From Bacteroidales bacterium (lineage in GTDB: Bacteria; Bacteroidota; Bacteroidia; Bacteroidales; UBA10428), in assembly GCA_016935355.1 (NCBI GenBank), contig JAFGRC010000172.1, positions 7,091 to 71,090 on the forward strand: a stretch of 64,000 nt of DNA. The letters are read 5' to 3'. Numbering within the stretch: position 1 is the first letter of the stretch; every line of letters begins with the position of its first letter. Below the pieces are notes generated by a model. It ran no database searches. It worked only from the letters and a program-made list of their open reading frames with translations, and was not told the origin of the DNA. Below, in pieces: positions 39,099-47,908 of this stretch. The position numbers were made by a program, and so were the translations under genes.

Positions 39099-40433
39099 AT
39101 GTATTGTTTCATCCGGAATACCGTTTTCTTTTTTATGTTAGTCATACTGTCACCTGTGAGCATATGGTCACAGTCAGGTGATATGATTGTGGAAACATTC
39201 GATGATGCAGAGTTCTTTTATGCCCGCGGCGAATACGAAGAAGCAGCTTATTATTACCGGCAGCTGGTTACATATTCTCCGGCAAACGCAAATTATCATT
39301 TCAAACTCGGGGAATGTTACCTGAATATTCCCGGAAGTGAGATACTGGCCGTTCCGCATCTGGAGAAAGCCAAAGACAACATCATCGAGAAAAAAAAATA
39401 CAGGGCAAAGGATTTTACCGAAGACCGGGCCCCGCTGCATGCTTTTTTTTACCTGGGGAATGCTTACCGGATCAACAATCAGTTATCTGAGGCACTTGAA
39501 GCTTATAACACCTTTGTAAGCTCACCTTTTTATTACGGGAATTATAATGTGGCAATTGTTGAAAATGAGATCAAATCCTGTGAACGTGCCAAGATCATTC
39601 AGGATCATCCGATACAAATGACCGGGATTCTCCTCGACAGCACGATCAATACTTCTGCATCTGAGTTAAACCCCGTTATATCATCCGATGAACAGGAAAT
39701 ATTTTTTGTCAGGCGCCTGAAGTTCTATGATGCGGTTTATACCAGTGTCAGAAAGGAAGGAACATGGACTGATCCGGTGAACCTGAATCCCTTCATAGGT
39801 TCTGACGGAGATTTTTACCCGGCATGCATCTCACCGGATAAGAGGGCGTTGTACCTTATAAAAAAAGATGTAACGAACAGTGATATTTATGTAAGCTACA
39901 GGGTGGATTCAGTTTGGACCGGAGTGCAAAAGCTGAATAAAAAAATAAATTCAAAGGCGAACGAAACTTCGGCATGGATTTCAGAGGACGGGGAAACACT
40001 TTTTTTCTCAAGTTCCAGAAGAAGGGGTGTGGGGGGTAAAGACATCTATTATGCCATAAGGAAGAAAAACGGCGAATGGGGCAGGGTCAGAAATATCGGC
40101 AAGACGATCAATACGCCCTTTGATGAGGAAGGTCCCTGTCTTACAAACCAGGGTAATACATTATATTTCAGTTCAAAAGGCCATTATAATATGGGTGGAT
40201 TTGATATTTTTTTTTCAAACCGGAACGGTGACGCATGGGGAGAACCTGTCAATGCCGGCTATCCATTGAACGATACCGGGGATAATACCGGATATACCGC
40301 ACTGATGGGTGGCATGACCGGTTATTATTCAAAGATGAACATGACCGGAACTTCCGGCGAGGACATTTACCGGGTTGTGATCCGGACCAACCTGCCCCGT
40401 ATTATGGAAACCATTGAAAGCATGCAGCAATGA
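39099..40433 (+). CDS. PorE-like paralog 4: signal peptide, TPR, PD40 beta-propeller only (no CRD, no OmpA)
   Basis: It starts 4 nt after the stop of paralog 3. Shared motifs are FKLGECYLN, FYLGNAYRINNQLSEAL, KFYDAVYTS, GETLFFSSSRRRGVGGKDIY and LYFSSKGHYNMGGFDIF. Confidence 0.85.
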   Translation: MYCFIRNTVFFFMLVILSPVSIWSQSGDMIVETFDDAEFFYARGEYEEAAYYYRQLVTYSPANANYHFKLGECYLNIPGSEILAVPHLEKAKDNIIEKKKYRAKDFTEDRAPLHAFFYLGNAYRINNQLSEALEAYNTFVSSPFYYGNYNVAIVENEIKSCERAKIIQDHPIQMTGILLDSTINTSASELNPVISSDEQEIFFVRRLKFYDAVYTSVRKEGTWTDPVNLNPFIGSDGDFYPACISPDKRALYLIKKDVTNSDIYVSYRVDSVWTGVQKLNKKINSKANETSAWISEDGETLFFSSSRRRGVGGKDIYYAIRKKNGEWGRVRNIGKTINTPFDEEGPCLTNQGNTLYFSSKGHYNMGGFDIFFSNRNGDAWGEPVNAGYPLNDTGDNTGYTALMGGMTGYYSKMNMTGTSGEDIYRVVIRTNLPRIMETIESMQQ

Positions 40434-40458
40434 TATCAAATTAACTTAGACATGCAGG

Positions 40459-41046
40459 ATGACAGATAAGCTGGAAAACAATCCGGAATTTGAAATTACA
40501 TTACGGGCACTGGAACCTGCTGATATCGATGTGATCTACAAATGGGAAAACGATCCGGATATCGGGCGCATCAGCAATACTTATACGCCCTATTCAAAAT
40601 ACATCCTTGAAAAATACATAGAAAATTCCCACCTTGATATCTTTCAGGTTAAACAAATGCGGTTGATGATCGATGTCCGTGACAGGAAGGAAGACCTTGT
40701 ACGCTCGATTGGAACAATTGACCTTTTTGATTTTGACCCCTATCACAACCGTGCCGGGGTGGGAATCCTTATTGGTGAAAAATCCGACCGCAAAAGGGGA
40801 TATGCCACAATGGCTTTAAAAAAGTTCATTCATTATGGTTTTAACATCCTCCAACTTCATCAGTTATACTGCAATATTGTCCCGGAAAACCTGGACAGTA
40901 TGAAATTATTTAAAAATCAGGGTTTCCGGATCTGCGGCAAAAAGAAAGACTGGATCCGAACACCCGGCCGTTATGTTGAAGAATACACGCTGCAATTGAT
41001 CAATCCCAATGATTCAGGCGGAGATACCAAAATGACCGGTCGCTGA
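40459..41046 (+). CDS. GNAT family N-acetyltransferase (RimJ/SpeG-like)
   Basis: It is 195 aa with acetyl-CoA binding-type motifs (RNRAGVGILIGEKSDRKRGYAT.AL). It starts 25 nt after paralog 4. Confidence 0.8.
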   Translation: MTDKLENNPEFEITLRALEPADIDVIYKWENDPDIGRISNTYTPYSKYILEKYIENSHLDIFQVKQMRLMIDVRDRKEDLVRSIGTIDLFDFDPYHNRAGVGILIGEKSDRKRGYATMALKKFIHYGFNILQLHQLYCNIVPENLDSMKLFKNQGFRICGKKKDWIRTPGRYVEEYTLQLINPNDSGGDTKMTGR

Positions 41047-41081
41047 CAGGAATTCTATCTGAGCCGGATGTACATGATTTT

Positions 41082-41552
41082 TCAGGTCAGTTCGTCGTAT
41101 TCAGGTATATCCGTGAGAAACTCATAGCTTTTTCTGGTCAGGTCAATCCTGCAACAATAGTGCTTTCTGCCGTTTGTGACCAGAAGATAACGGGCATGAT
41201 ACATTTCATTATAACGGGTTGCCTGGTTGAATGTTCTCTGGGATATTTCAACTACCGGAGCTTTGCATTCAACGATCATCGCAGGTTCGCCGGTACGGTC
41301 GTAAATAAGCAGATCATAGCGTTCTGAAAGCCTGTTGCGCCGGAATCCTTTTTCAATGGACATCAATGTTCTCGGATAATGTTTATCTTCCGACAGGTAT
41401 TTAATAATGTTCTGCCTGACCCATTCTTCGGGGGATAGAGAGACATACCTGCGCCTGATCTCGTCAAAAATGTATTTTTTGTCCCCATCTTGTTTTATAC
41501 TGAAAGAATATGTTGGTAAATTTAACGGTTCCATTTCAAAGGCATCATTCAT
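41082..41552 (-). CDS. HsdR_N-type (type I restriction enzyme R N-terminal-like) domain protein, stand-alone
   Basis: The ATG at 41552 gives MNDAFEMEPLNLP. The core EEWVRQN...YDLLIYDRTG.P.MIVECKAP...QA.RY......Y..VTNG is typical of the small conserved Bacteroidota HSDR_N_2 proteins. The listed start at 41615 overlaps holA. Confidence 0.75.
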   Translation of the reverse strand: MNDAFEMEPLNLPTYSFSIKQDGDKKYIFDEIRRRYVSLSPEEWVRQNIIKYLSEDKHYPRTLMSIEKGFRRNRLSERYDLLIYDRTGEPAMIVECKAPVVEISQRTFNQATRYNEMYHARYLLVTNGRKHYCCRIDLTRKSYEFLTDIPEYDELT

Positions 41553-41605
41553 GTAAATTATGAATAATTTGCGAAAAAAGAATATTATACAAAGTAATAT
41601 TTTAC

Positions 41606-42607
41606 ATGATTGCATTCAATAAACTAATCGGGGAACTCAGGGAAGGTAAATACAAAACCGTTTATTTTCTGATGGGTGAAGAACCTTATTTTATCGATGT
41701 GATATCAGATTATATTGCTGATCATATCCTGAGTGAGGAAGAGAAGCCTTTTAACCTGCAGATCTTTTATGGGCGGGATGTTACAATGGATACCGTCATT
41801 GCAACTGCGCGGCGTTTTCCGGTCATGTCCCGGAATCAGGTGATTGTTGTGAAAGAGGCGCAGCAAATGATAACACTTGAGGGTCTTGAGCATTACCTGA
41901 ACAGTCCTGCCATGTCAACAATTCTTGTTTTCTGCTATAAGCATAAAAAGCTTGACAAAAGGAACAAACTTACCAGACTGATTTCGGAAAAATGTGTTTT
42001 GTTTGAATCAGACCGGTTGCAGGAGGAAAAAATACCTGTATGGACAAGCTCATATCTTGAAACAAAGGGATATCAGATAGAACCAAAAGCGGCCTGGCTG
42101 CTGGTCGACTTTGTGGGGAGTGATCTGGGCAGGATTACCAATGAACTGGATAAACTCATTTTGCTTTTACCGGATGATCAAAAACTCGTGACTTCCGATC
42201 TGATCGAGCAAAACATTGGGATCAGCAAGGATTATAATAATTTTGAACTTGCTAAAGCACTAACATCCAAAGATATACTTAAAGCAAACAGGATCATTGG
42301 TTATTTTACGAAAAATTCTGCCAGCAATCCGGCAACGCTTACCTTATCCTATCTTTTTTATTTCTTCAGCAAGGTCCTGTTATACCATGGAATTGTTGAT
42401 AAAAGCAGGGATCATCTGGCAAAGGAAATGGGTGTCCATCCCTATTTCATAGCTGAATACCGGCAGGCATCAAAAATATTTTCATTGACGAAAACCCGCG
42501 AAATCATAGCACTGTTGCGGGAATATGATGTAAAATCAAAGGGAGCGGGTAGTATGGCTCCCGATGGCGAATTGCTGAGGGAACTTGTATATAGAATCAT
42601 ACATTAA
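41606..42607 (+). CDS. holA: DNA polymerase III subunit delta
   Basis: It is 333 aa. The N-terminal pattern YFL.GEEPYFID and overall delta-like helical C-terminal domains fit, and it is divergent from the HsdR_N gene. Confidence 0.8.
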   Translation: MIAFNKLIGELREGKYKTVYFLMGEEPYFIDVISDYIADHILSEEEKPFNLQIFYGRDVTMDTVIATARRFPVMSRNQVIVVKEAQQMITLEGLEHYLNSPAMSTILVFCYKHKKLDKRNKLTRLISEKCVLFESDRLQEEKIPVWTSSYLETKGYQIEPKAAWLLVDFVGSDLGRITNELDKLILLLPDDQKLVTSDLIEQNIGISKDYNNFELAKALTSKDILKANRIIGYFTKNSASNPATLTLSYLFYFFSKVLLYHGIVDKSRDHLAKEMGVHPYFIAEYRQASKIFSLTKTREIIALLREYDVKSKGAGSMAPDGELLRELVYRIIH

Positions 42608-42617
42608 CCATTGCACC

Positions 42618-43241
42618 ATGACCTATATTATTATTGCTTTCACCGCACTGGTCTCGATTCAGGCATTTAACCGGAGTGAATGGTTTTCAAAACTGCAGTT
42701 CAATGCATATCAGGTGTATCACAGGAATGAGCTATACAGACTGCTCACACATGGATTTCTGCATGCAAACTGGACGCACCTCATTGTGAACATGCTGGTG
42801 TTGTTTTTTTTCGGCCCCTACGCTGAAAAACAACTCAGGGCAATTCTGCCTGAAAATATTCAGCAATGGTATCATCTGATATTCCTGTTCTTTTATTTGG
42901 CTGCAATTGTTGTCGCCTCCCTGATAACACTTTTCAAGCAAAAGGATAATGCATGGTACAATGCCGTGGGAGCATCCGGTGCTGTATCTGCCATAATCTT
43001 CTTTTTCATCTTTTTCAATCCCTGGGAATTGATCTATTTTTACGGAATATTGCCTGTTCCGGGAATCATTATGGGTGCTTTATACCTGGTCTATTCACAC
43101 ATAATGAGCAAAAGGGGCAGGGATAACACCAACCATGATGCGCATTTTGTCGGTGCTGTTTTTGGTTTTATCTTCCCGCTTTTCATCAATGTAAGGCTCA
43201 TTCTTTTGTTTCTGGACAGGTTGTTGAGTTTTTCATTCTGA
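42618..43241 (+). CDS. Rhomboid family intramembrane serine protease
   Basis: The ATG at 42618 gives MTYIIIAF. The motifs HGFLHANWTHL..NM, GASGAVSAI (catalytic GxSG) and HDAHFVGAVFG are present. Confidence 0.85.
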   Translation: MTYIIIAFTALVSIQAFNRSEWFSKLQFNAYQVYHRNELYRLLTHGFLHANWTHLIVNMLVLFFFGPYAEKQLRAILPENIQQWYHLIFLFFYLAAIVVASLITLFKQKDNAWYNAVGASGAVSAIIFFFIFFNPWELIYFYGILPVPGIIMGALYLVYSHIMSKRGRDNTNHDAHFVGAVFGFIFPLFINVRLILLFLDRLLSFSF

Positions 43242-43262
43242 AAAAAAACATGTGGAATCCCG

Positions 43263-44126
43263 ATGCACGAATCAAAGTTCATTTGTTATAACGGTGAATA
43301 TTTACATGCCGGTGAGCCCTGCCTGCTTGCCGACAACAGGGCATTCCGGTTCGGGGATGCAGTAACGGAGGATATCCATGCATACGGTACGGAACCGCAG
43401 TTTTTAAGCTGGCATATTGAAAGAATGATTTCAGGCATGAAATTGCTCTCAATGGATATACCGGTCCATTATACCACGGAAACATTCGGAACCTGCATTT
43501 CAAAATTGCTGACAAAGAACCTGATCTTTGGGGGAGCAGCTGTTTACCTGACCGTTTTTCGTGATTCATCCCGGCTTTTTGTGCCCGAGCATAATCAGGT
43601 TTCATTTATACTCGATTGTCAAAAACTGGAAAGCAACTTCTATGAGCTGAATCCGAAGGGACTGGTAATAGATGTTTTTGGTCAGGCGGTACGGTTCAGG
43701 CACAGTTTCTCAACCCTCAGGAGCGCAAGTACTTTCCTGTTCATTGCGGCAGGGATCCATAACCGTCAAAACGGACTGGATGAATGTGTGCTGATGAACG
43801 ACAAGGGAAACATTGTGGAATCGTCATGTTCCAATATTTTTTTACTGAAGGGAAAGTCGGTATTCACACCGGGGCTTGATGAGGGATGTATACCGGGGAT
43901 TATCAGGCGGGCCATGATTAAAGTCTGCGATGAATCGGAATTCCGTGTAAATGATCGTTGCAGCCTGTCGACACGGGCACTTGAAGAAGCGGATGAGATC
44001 TTTCTGACCGATGCCATTAACGGCATCCGGTGGGTAGGGGCATACAAACAAAAGCGGTATTATAAAAAAACCACACAATTGCTTTTACAAAAATTAAATG
44101 AGTATGCTTTTGGCAGGCATCAATAG
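43263..44126 (+). CDS. Class IV (fold-type IV) aminotransferase / aminodeoxychorismate-lyase-like protein
   Basis: The motifs NRAFRFGDAV, HIERM and DECVLMNDKGNIVESSCSNIFLLKG..VFTP....GCIPGIIR are present. These align without gaps to E. coli PabC as I recall it. Confidence 0.8.
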   Translation: MHESKFICYNGEYLHAGEPCLLADNRAFRFGDAVTEDIHAYGTEPQFLSWHIERMISGMKLLSMDIPVHYTTETFGTCISKLLTKNLIFGGAAVYLTVFRDSSRLFVPEHNQVSFILDCQKLESNFYELNPKGLVIDVFGQAVRFRHSFSTLRSASTFLFIAAGIHNRQNGLDECVLMNDKGNIVESSCSNIFLLKGKSVFTPGLDEGCIPGIIRRAMIKVCDESEFRVNDRCSLSTRALEEADEIFLTDAINGIRWVGAYKQKRYYKKTTQLLLQKLNEYAFGRHQ

Positions 44127-44141
44127 TGTAAAGGTTACTGA

Positions 44142-44729
44142 TCAGTTCATCTGGGGATTTTCGGGAAAATTGGCCCACATCTGATATTTTGTGCCCATCC
44201 GGTTCAGGGCTTTTTTCCAGAAGTGTTTGTTCATGGGAGTCATGATTTCTTCGGGACTGATATCCGCTATGATCCAGGAATTTTCCGCCAGTTCATCATC
44301 CAGCTGATTGGATTGCCATCCGCTGTAACCAAGGAAAAACCGTATGTTGGATACATTGAGGTTACCGGATTCAAGGAGGCGTTTCACAACGTCAAAGTCG
44401 CCACCCCAGAATATGCTGTTAATAACCTTTACACTGTTGGGAATGATGTCTCCCATGGTGTGTATGTAGTGGAGTGTGTTCGTCTGGACCGGACCGCCAA
44501 GGCATACGGCAGCCTCAACTTCCGGGAAATCACTCATGATCTCATTGATCCTGATGTTTACCGGTTTGTTCAGAACAAATCCGACCGTTCCTTCCCCTGA
44601 ATGTTCAGTAAGCAGGACAATCGACCTTTTAAAATAATTGTCCAGCAGAAAAGGCTCGGAAATCAGGACCCTTCCTTTTTGTGGCTTAAGGGTGTTCTCT
44701 GTCCGGAAAAAATCATAATGGATCTGCAT
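44142..44729 (-). CDS. YqgE/AlgH family protein (UPF0301)
   Basis: It is 195 aa with the motifs F.RSIVLL.EH...G..GFVLNKP and GGPV, and the ending ...GYSGW...QLE.E. Confidence 0.8.
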   Translation of the reverse strand: MQIHYDFFRTENTLKPQKGRVLISEPFLLDNYFKRSIVLLTEHSGEGTVGFVLNKPVNIRINEIMSDFPEVEAAVCLGGPVQTNTLHYIHTMGDIIPNSVKVINSIFWGGDFDVVKRLLESGNLNVSNIRFFLGYSGWQSNQLDDELAENSWIIADISPEEIMTPMNKHFWKKALNRMGTKYQMWANFPENPQMN

Positions 44730-45008
44730 GACTTTCTATTATAAAAAACAGATCACAAAATTCATTCCACAATAGTGCACACATTTCAAAATTAATACAA
44801 ATGGATCTGATAAAAAAGATGTCCCGGTTAATAATCATGATCATAACAGGTATTTTATTGCAGCCGGGGGGAACCGGTAAAAATTTCAGGGTGATGCTAC
44901 GTGAATACCGGAGTTTAAATGTCATATATAATGACCACGTATGTACACCAGATTTCCAATAAGGTTAATTTTAGGTTTGTTAGTTAGGAGTAGATGGGGG
45001 TTGGGGCA

Positions 45009-45287
45009 CTAGTCCGGCCCCCTTTTTTTGTAAAGTTCATTTTTAATATCTGACCAGTCGGGTTTTAACCGGTCCGGATCCATGACCACAGGTCCTGCAA
45101 TCCGCCTGTATCTCTTTTTTTCTTCACATTGCGGACAGCTCAGTCCAAGCCTGATCATATTTTTATTTTTGCCGACTTCCGTTTCAGGAAATTTTCGCCT
45201 GAAGAAAAATATGTTCATGCCCAGCATCAGGAATGCAAGGCCGACAAAAACGGCAACAACCGCCAGCAATTGAATCATTGTGCACAT
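45009..45287 (-). CDS. Small membrane protein, hypothetical (92 aa)
   Basis: It has one N-terminal TM helix (IQLLAVVAVFVGLAFLMLGMNIFFF) and a CPQC motif. I recognise no family. Confidence 0.5.
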   Translation of the reverse strand: MCTMIQLLAVVAVFVGLAFLMLGMNIFFFRRKFPETEVGKNKNMIRLGLSCPQCEEKKRYRRIAGPVVMDPDRLKPDWSDIKNELYKKRGPD

Positions 45288-45416
45288 ATGTTAACGGCTC
45301 CAAATATATAAAATTAACCTGCATGATCCGTGCTTTTTTATACAAGACGCCGGAATTAACAAAAATTGCGCCTGAAGTGGTGATCCATTTTATATAAAAG
45401 AAAGTGCAATTTGTGT

Positions 45417-45448
45417 ATTGTATTGACTAATTCTGATCTGTATATTTG
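45417..45448 (+). promoter_or_regulatory. Candidate promoter for rhaT (-33 ATTG, -7 TATATTTG)
   Basis: TATATTTG at 45441-45448 matches TAnnTTTG. A 3-of-4 match for the -33 element (ATTG, 45417-45420) lies 20 nt upstream. The -7 box ends 38 nt before the ATG, as at rpsL. The palindrome TTGATCAA follows immediately at 45451-45458. Confidence 0.4.
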
Positions 45449-45485
45449 ATTGATCAAATTAACCTAATTACAAAAAGATCATCAC

Positions 45486-46529
45486 ATGAACCCAATTTTA
45501 GGCATTTTACTGATAGCTGTTGGCAGCATATGTGCCGCCAGCTTCTATGTTCCCATAAAGCGCATCAAAGGCTGGTCATGGGAATCATACTGGCTTGTCC
45601 AGGGCATCTTTTCATGGATCATCGTACCGGTATTTTTTGCCTGGCTTACGGTTCCTTCGGGAACGCTTGGATCCATAATTTCTGCATCACCTTCCAGATC
45701 CATTTTTCTGGCAATATTTTTTGGAGCCTTGTGGGGTGTGGGGGGACTTACATTTGGTCTGAGCATGAGATACCTGGGTATTGCGCTTGGACAGTCGATA
45801 GCACTTGGTTTGTGTGCGGGACTTGGCACACTGGTACCGACTTTTGTGAACGGACCAAATGTGTTTTCGGATCCTGCCGGAATACTGATCCTGATCGGTG
45901 TTGCCATCAGTCTGGCTGGTATTGCCATCATCGGATATGCCGGTCATCTGAAAACCACAACCATGTCTGAAGAAGACCGTAAAGCGGCCGTAAAGGAATT
46001 CGCCCTGAAAAAGGGCATACTGATCGCCATACTGTCGGGTGTGATGAGTGCTTGTTTCAATTTCGGACTGACGGCTGGAAGACCCATTCAGGATATTGCT
46101 ATCGGTATGGGGACCAATACCTTATTTGCTAAAAATCCGGTCATCATGTTTGTAACGCTGGGCGGATTTATTACAAATTTTGTGTACTGTCTTTTCCTAA
46201 ACATAAAGAACGGTACGGGAAAGGATTATCTGTCCGTGCCTGCAGGAGTACTGACCAACAATATTCTTTTTGCAGCGCTGGGAGGTACCTTGTGGTATTT
46301 TCAATTCTTCTTCTTTGGCATGGGTGAAAGCAAACTGCCGGTTGCAATGATGGCATTCAGCTGGAGCATCCTGATGTCGCTGAATATCGCTTTCAGCAAC
46401 ATATGGGGTATTATTCTCAGGGAATGGAAAGGGGCAGGAAGAAAGACAATTGTTGTGCTTGTGACCGGACTGATCATACTGGTGCTGTCGACATTTGTCA
46501 TACAGCTTTATCAGGTTCTCGATTTATAG
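45486..46529 (+). CDS. rhaT: L-rhamnose/proton symporter
   Basis: It is a 347-aa polytopic protein. The N-terminus GS.CAASFYVPIKRIKGWSWESYWLVQGIFSWII parallels E. coli RhaT (FYAPFKKVKKWSWETMW). Confidence 0.9.
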   Translation: MNPILGILLIAVGSICAASFYVPIKRIKGWSWESYWLVQGIFSWIIVPVFFAWLTVPSGTLGSIISASPSRSIFLAIFFGALWGVGGLTFGLSMRYLGIALGQSIALGLCAGLGTLVPTFVNGPNVFSDPAGILILIGVAISLAGIAIIGYAGHLKTTTMSEEDRKAAVKEFALKKGILIAILSGVMSACFNFGLTAGRPIQDIAIGMGTNTLFAKNPVIMFVTLGGFITNFVYCLFLNIKNGTGKDYLSVPAGVLTNNILFAALGGTLWYFQFFFFGMGESKLPVAMMAFSWSILMSLNIAFSNIWGIILREWKGAGRKTIVVLVTGLIILVLSTFVIQLYQVLDL

Positions 46530-46553
46530 TAAAGATCAACAAATCAGTAATTT

Positions 46554-46592
46554 CCTCCCCTTTTTAGGGGAGGTGGCCGAAGGCCGGAGGGG
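46554..46592 (+). terminator. GC-rich double hairpin downstream of rhaT (terminator-like or REP-like element)
   Basis: CCTCCCC-tttta-GGGGAGG is followed by GGCC-gaa-GGCC and GGAGGGG. No U-tract follows. Confidence 0.4.
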
Positions 46593-46626
46593 TAAATAAG
46601 TAAACGAATCAATAAACAAATATATT

Positions 46627-47895
46627 ATGGACAAAAACCAAGTAATCAAAGCGTACGAACTGGCAAAGGAAGAATATGCCCGGCTGGGTGTTGACACTGA
46701 TGAAGTCCTGAAAAAACTGGATCAGGTTAAGATCAGTCTCCATTGCTGGCAGACTGATGATGTGGGTGGTTTTGAAACCCCTGATGCTGAGCTTGGTGGC
46801 GGTGGAATCGCGGCTACCGGAAATTATCCCGGTAAAGCCCGCACCATTGATCAGCTCATGCAGGATATCGACAAAGTGATGAGTCTGTTGCCGGGTAAGC
46901 AAAGGCTGAACCTCCATGCCATTTATGGTGATTTTAAAGGAGAAAAGGTTGACCGCAACCAGATTGAAGTGAAGCATTTTCAGAGGTGGATCGACTGGGC
47001 CAAAAAACATGCAACCGGAATTGACTTTAATCCCACGTGTTTTTCGCACCCTTATGCTGATGACGGATTCACCCTTTCCAGCAAGAATGAAAAATACAGG
47101 AAATTCTGGGTGGAACATGTGAAACGTACCAGAAAGATCGCTGCCGAGATGGGAAGACAGCTTAGGACACCTTCGGTGAACAACATCTGGATCCCCGACG
47201 GATCAAAAGATGTTCCTGTTGACCGCAATACACACAGAAGCCTATTAAAGAAATCGCTTGATGAAATATTTATCGAAGAATATCCCAGGGAATACCTGAA
47301 AGATTCCATGGAACCCAAACTGTTCGGAATGGGACTGGAAGCCATGACTGTTGGTTCTGCCGAGTTCTATCTGGGATATGCCGTAAAGAATAACAAGCTG
47401 ATATGCCTTGACAACGGACACTTCCATCCCACGGAGCAGGTCGGGGACAAGATCTCTGCCGTTCTCCAGTTTGTGGATGAACTGTTGTTGCATGTAACGC
47501 GACCAGTACGGTGGGACAGTGACCATGTTGTGATATTCAATGATGAGGTTCAGCTGATTGCACAGGAGATCGTCCGCAGCAATGCACTCAACCGTGTGAA
47601 CATCGGACTCGATTATTTTGATGCCAGCATCAACCGGATTGGAGCTTATGTAGTGGGCGTCAGAGCTGCCCAGCTGGCATTTCTGTTTGCAATGCTGGAA
47701 CCGCTTGAAACACTGAAAAAATATGAAGAAGAAGGTAAGTATTTTGAGCGACTGGCATTGCTTGAAATTATGAAAACAAAACCCTACGGTGCTGTTTATG
47801 ATTATTATTGCCTGACAAATGATGTGCCTGTCGGAGTTGACTACATTCAGGAAATTCAGGAATATGAAGCCGATTTCCTGAGTAAACGATCCTAA
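46627..47895 (+). CDS. rhaA: L-rhamnose isomerase
   Basis: It is 422 aa and collinear with E. coli RhaA. Shared motifs are HCWQ.DDV.GFE, TGNYPGKAR, RLNLHAIY, DFNP.CFSHP, CLD.GHFHPTE and RPVRWDSDHVV. Confidence 0.95.
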   Translation: MDKNQVIKAYELAKEEYARLGVDTDEVLKKLDQVKISLHCWQTDDVGGFETPDAELGGGGIAATGNYPGKARTIDQLMQDIDKVMSLLPGKQRLNLHAIYGDFKGEKVDRNQIEVKHFQRWIDWAKKHATGIDFNPTCFSHPYADDGFTLSSKNEKYRKFWVEHVKRTRKIAAEMGRQLRTPSVNNIWIPDGSKDVPVDRNTHRSLLKKSLDEIFIEEYPREYLKDSMEPKLFGMGLEAMTVGSAEFYLGYAVKNNKLICLDNGHFHPTEQVGDKISAVLQFVDELLLHVTRPVRWDSDHVVIFNDEVQLIAQEIVRSNALNRVNIGLDYFDASINRIGAYVVGVRAAQLAFLFAMLEPLETLKKYEEEGKYFERLALLEIMKTKPYGAVYDYYCLTNDVPVGVDYIQEIQEYEADFLSKRS

Positions 47896-47908
47896 TTAAT
47901 ATGGGTTT

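Noticed and set aside
41082-41552. An HsdR_N-domain protein as a sign of a type I restriction-modification or defence system
   Set aside because: It is only a ~156-aa stand-alone N-terminal nuclease-like domain with no helicase, hsdM or hsdS genes nearby. This small protein next to holA looks like a conserved housekeeping arrangement in the Bacteroidota.
44730-45008. A 279-nt non-coding gap upstream of the yqgE-like gene, examined for an RNA gene
   Set aside because: I found only a possible minus-strand -7 box (CAAAATTA at 44787-44794) and a weak GGGGC/GCCCC hairpin overlapping the neighbouring CDS end. There is no structured-RNA signature I can defend, and the listed 70-aa ORF at 44713-44925 looks spurious.
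45446-45970. 174-aa plus-strand ORF overlapping the start of rhaT in another frame
   Set aside because: The overlapping frame starting at 45486 encodes a protein collinear with E. coli RhaT. The 174-aa product is Cys/His/Trp-rich and looks like nonsense.
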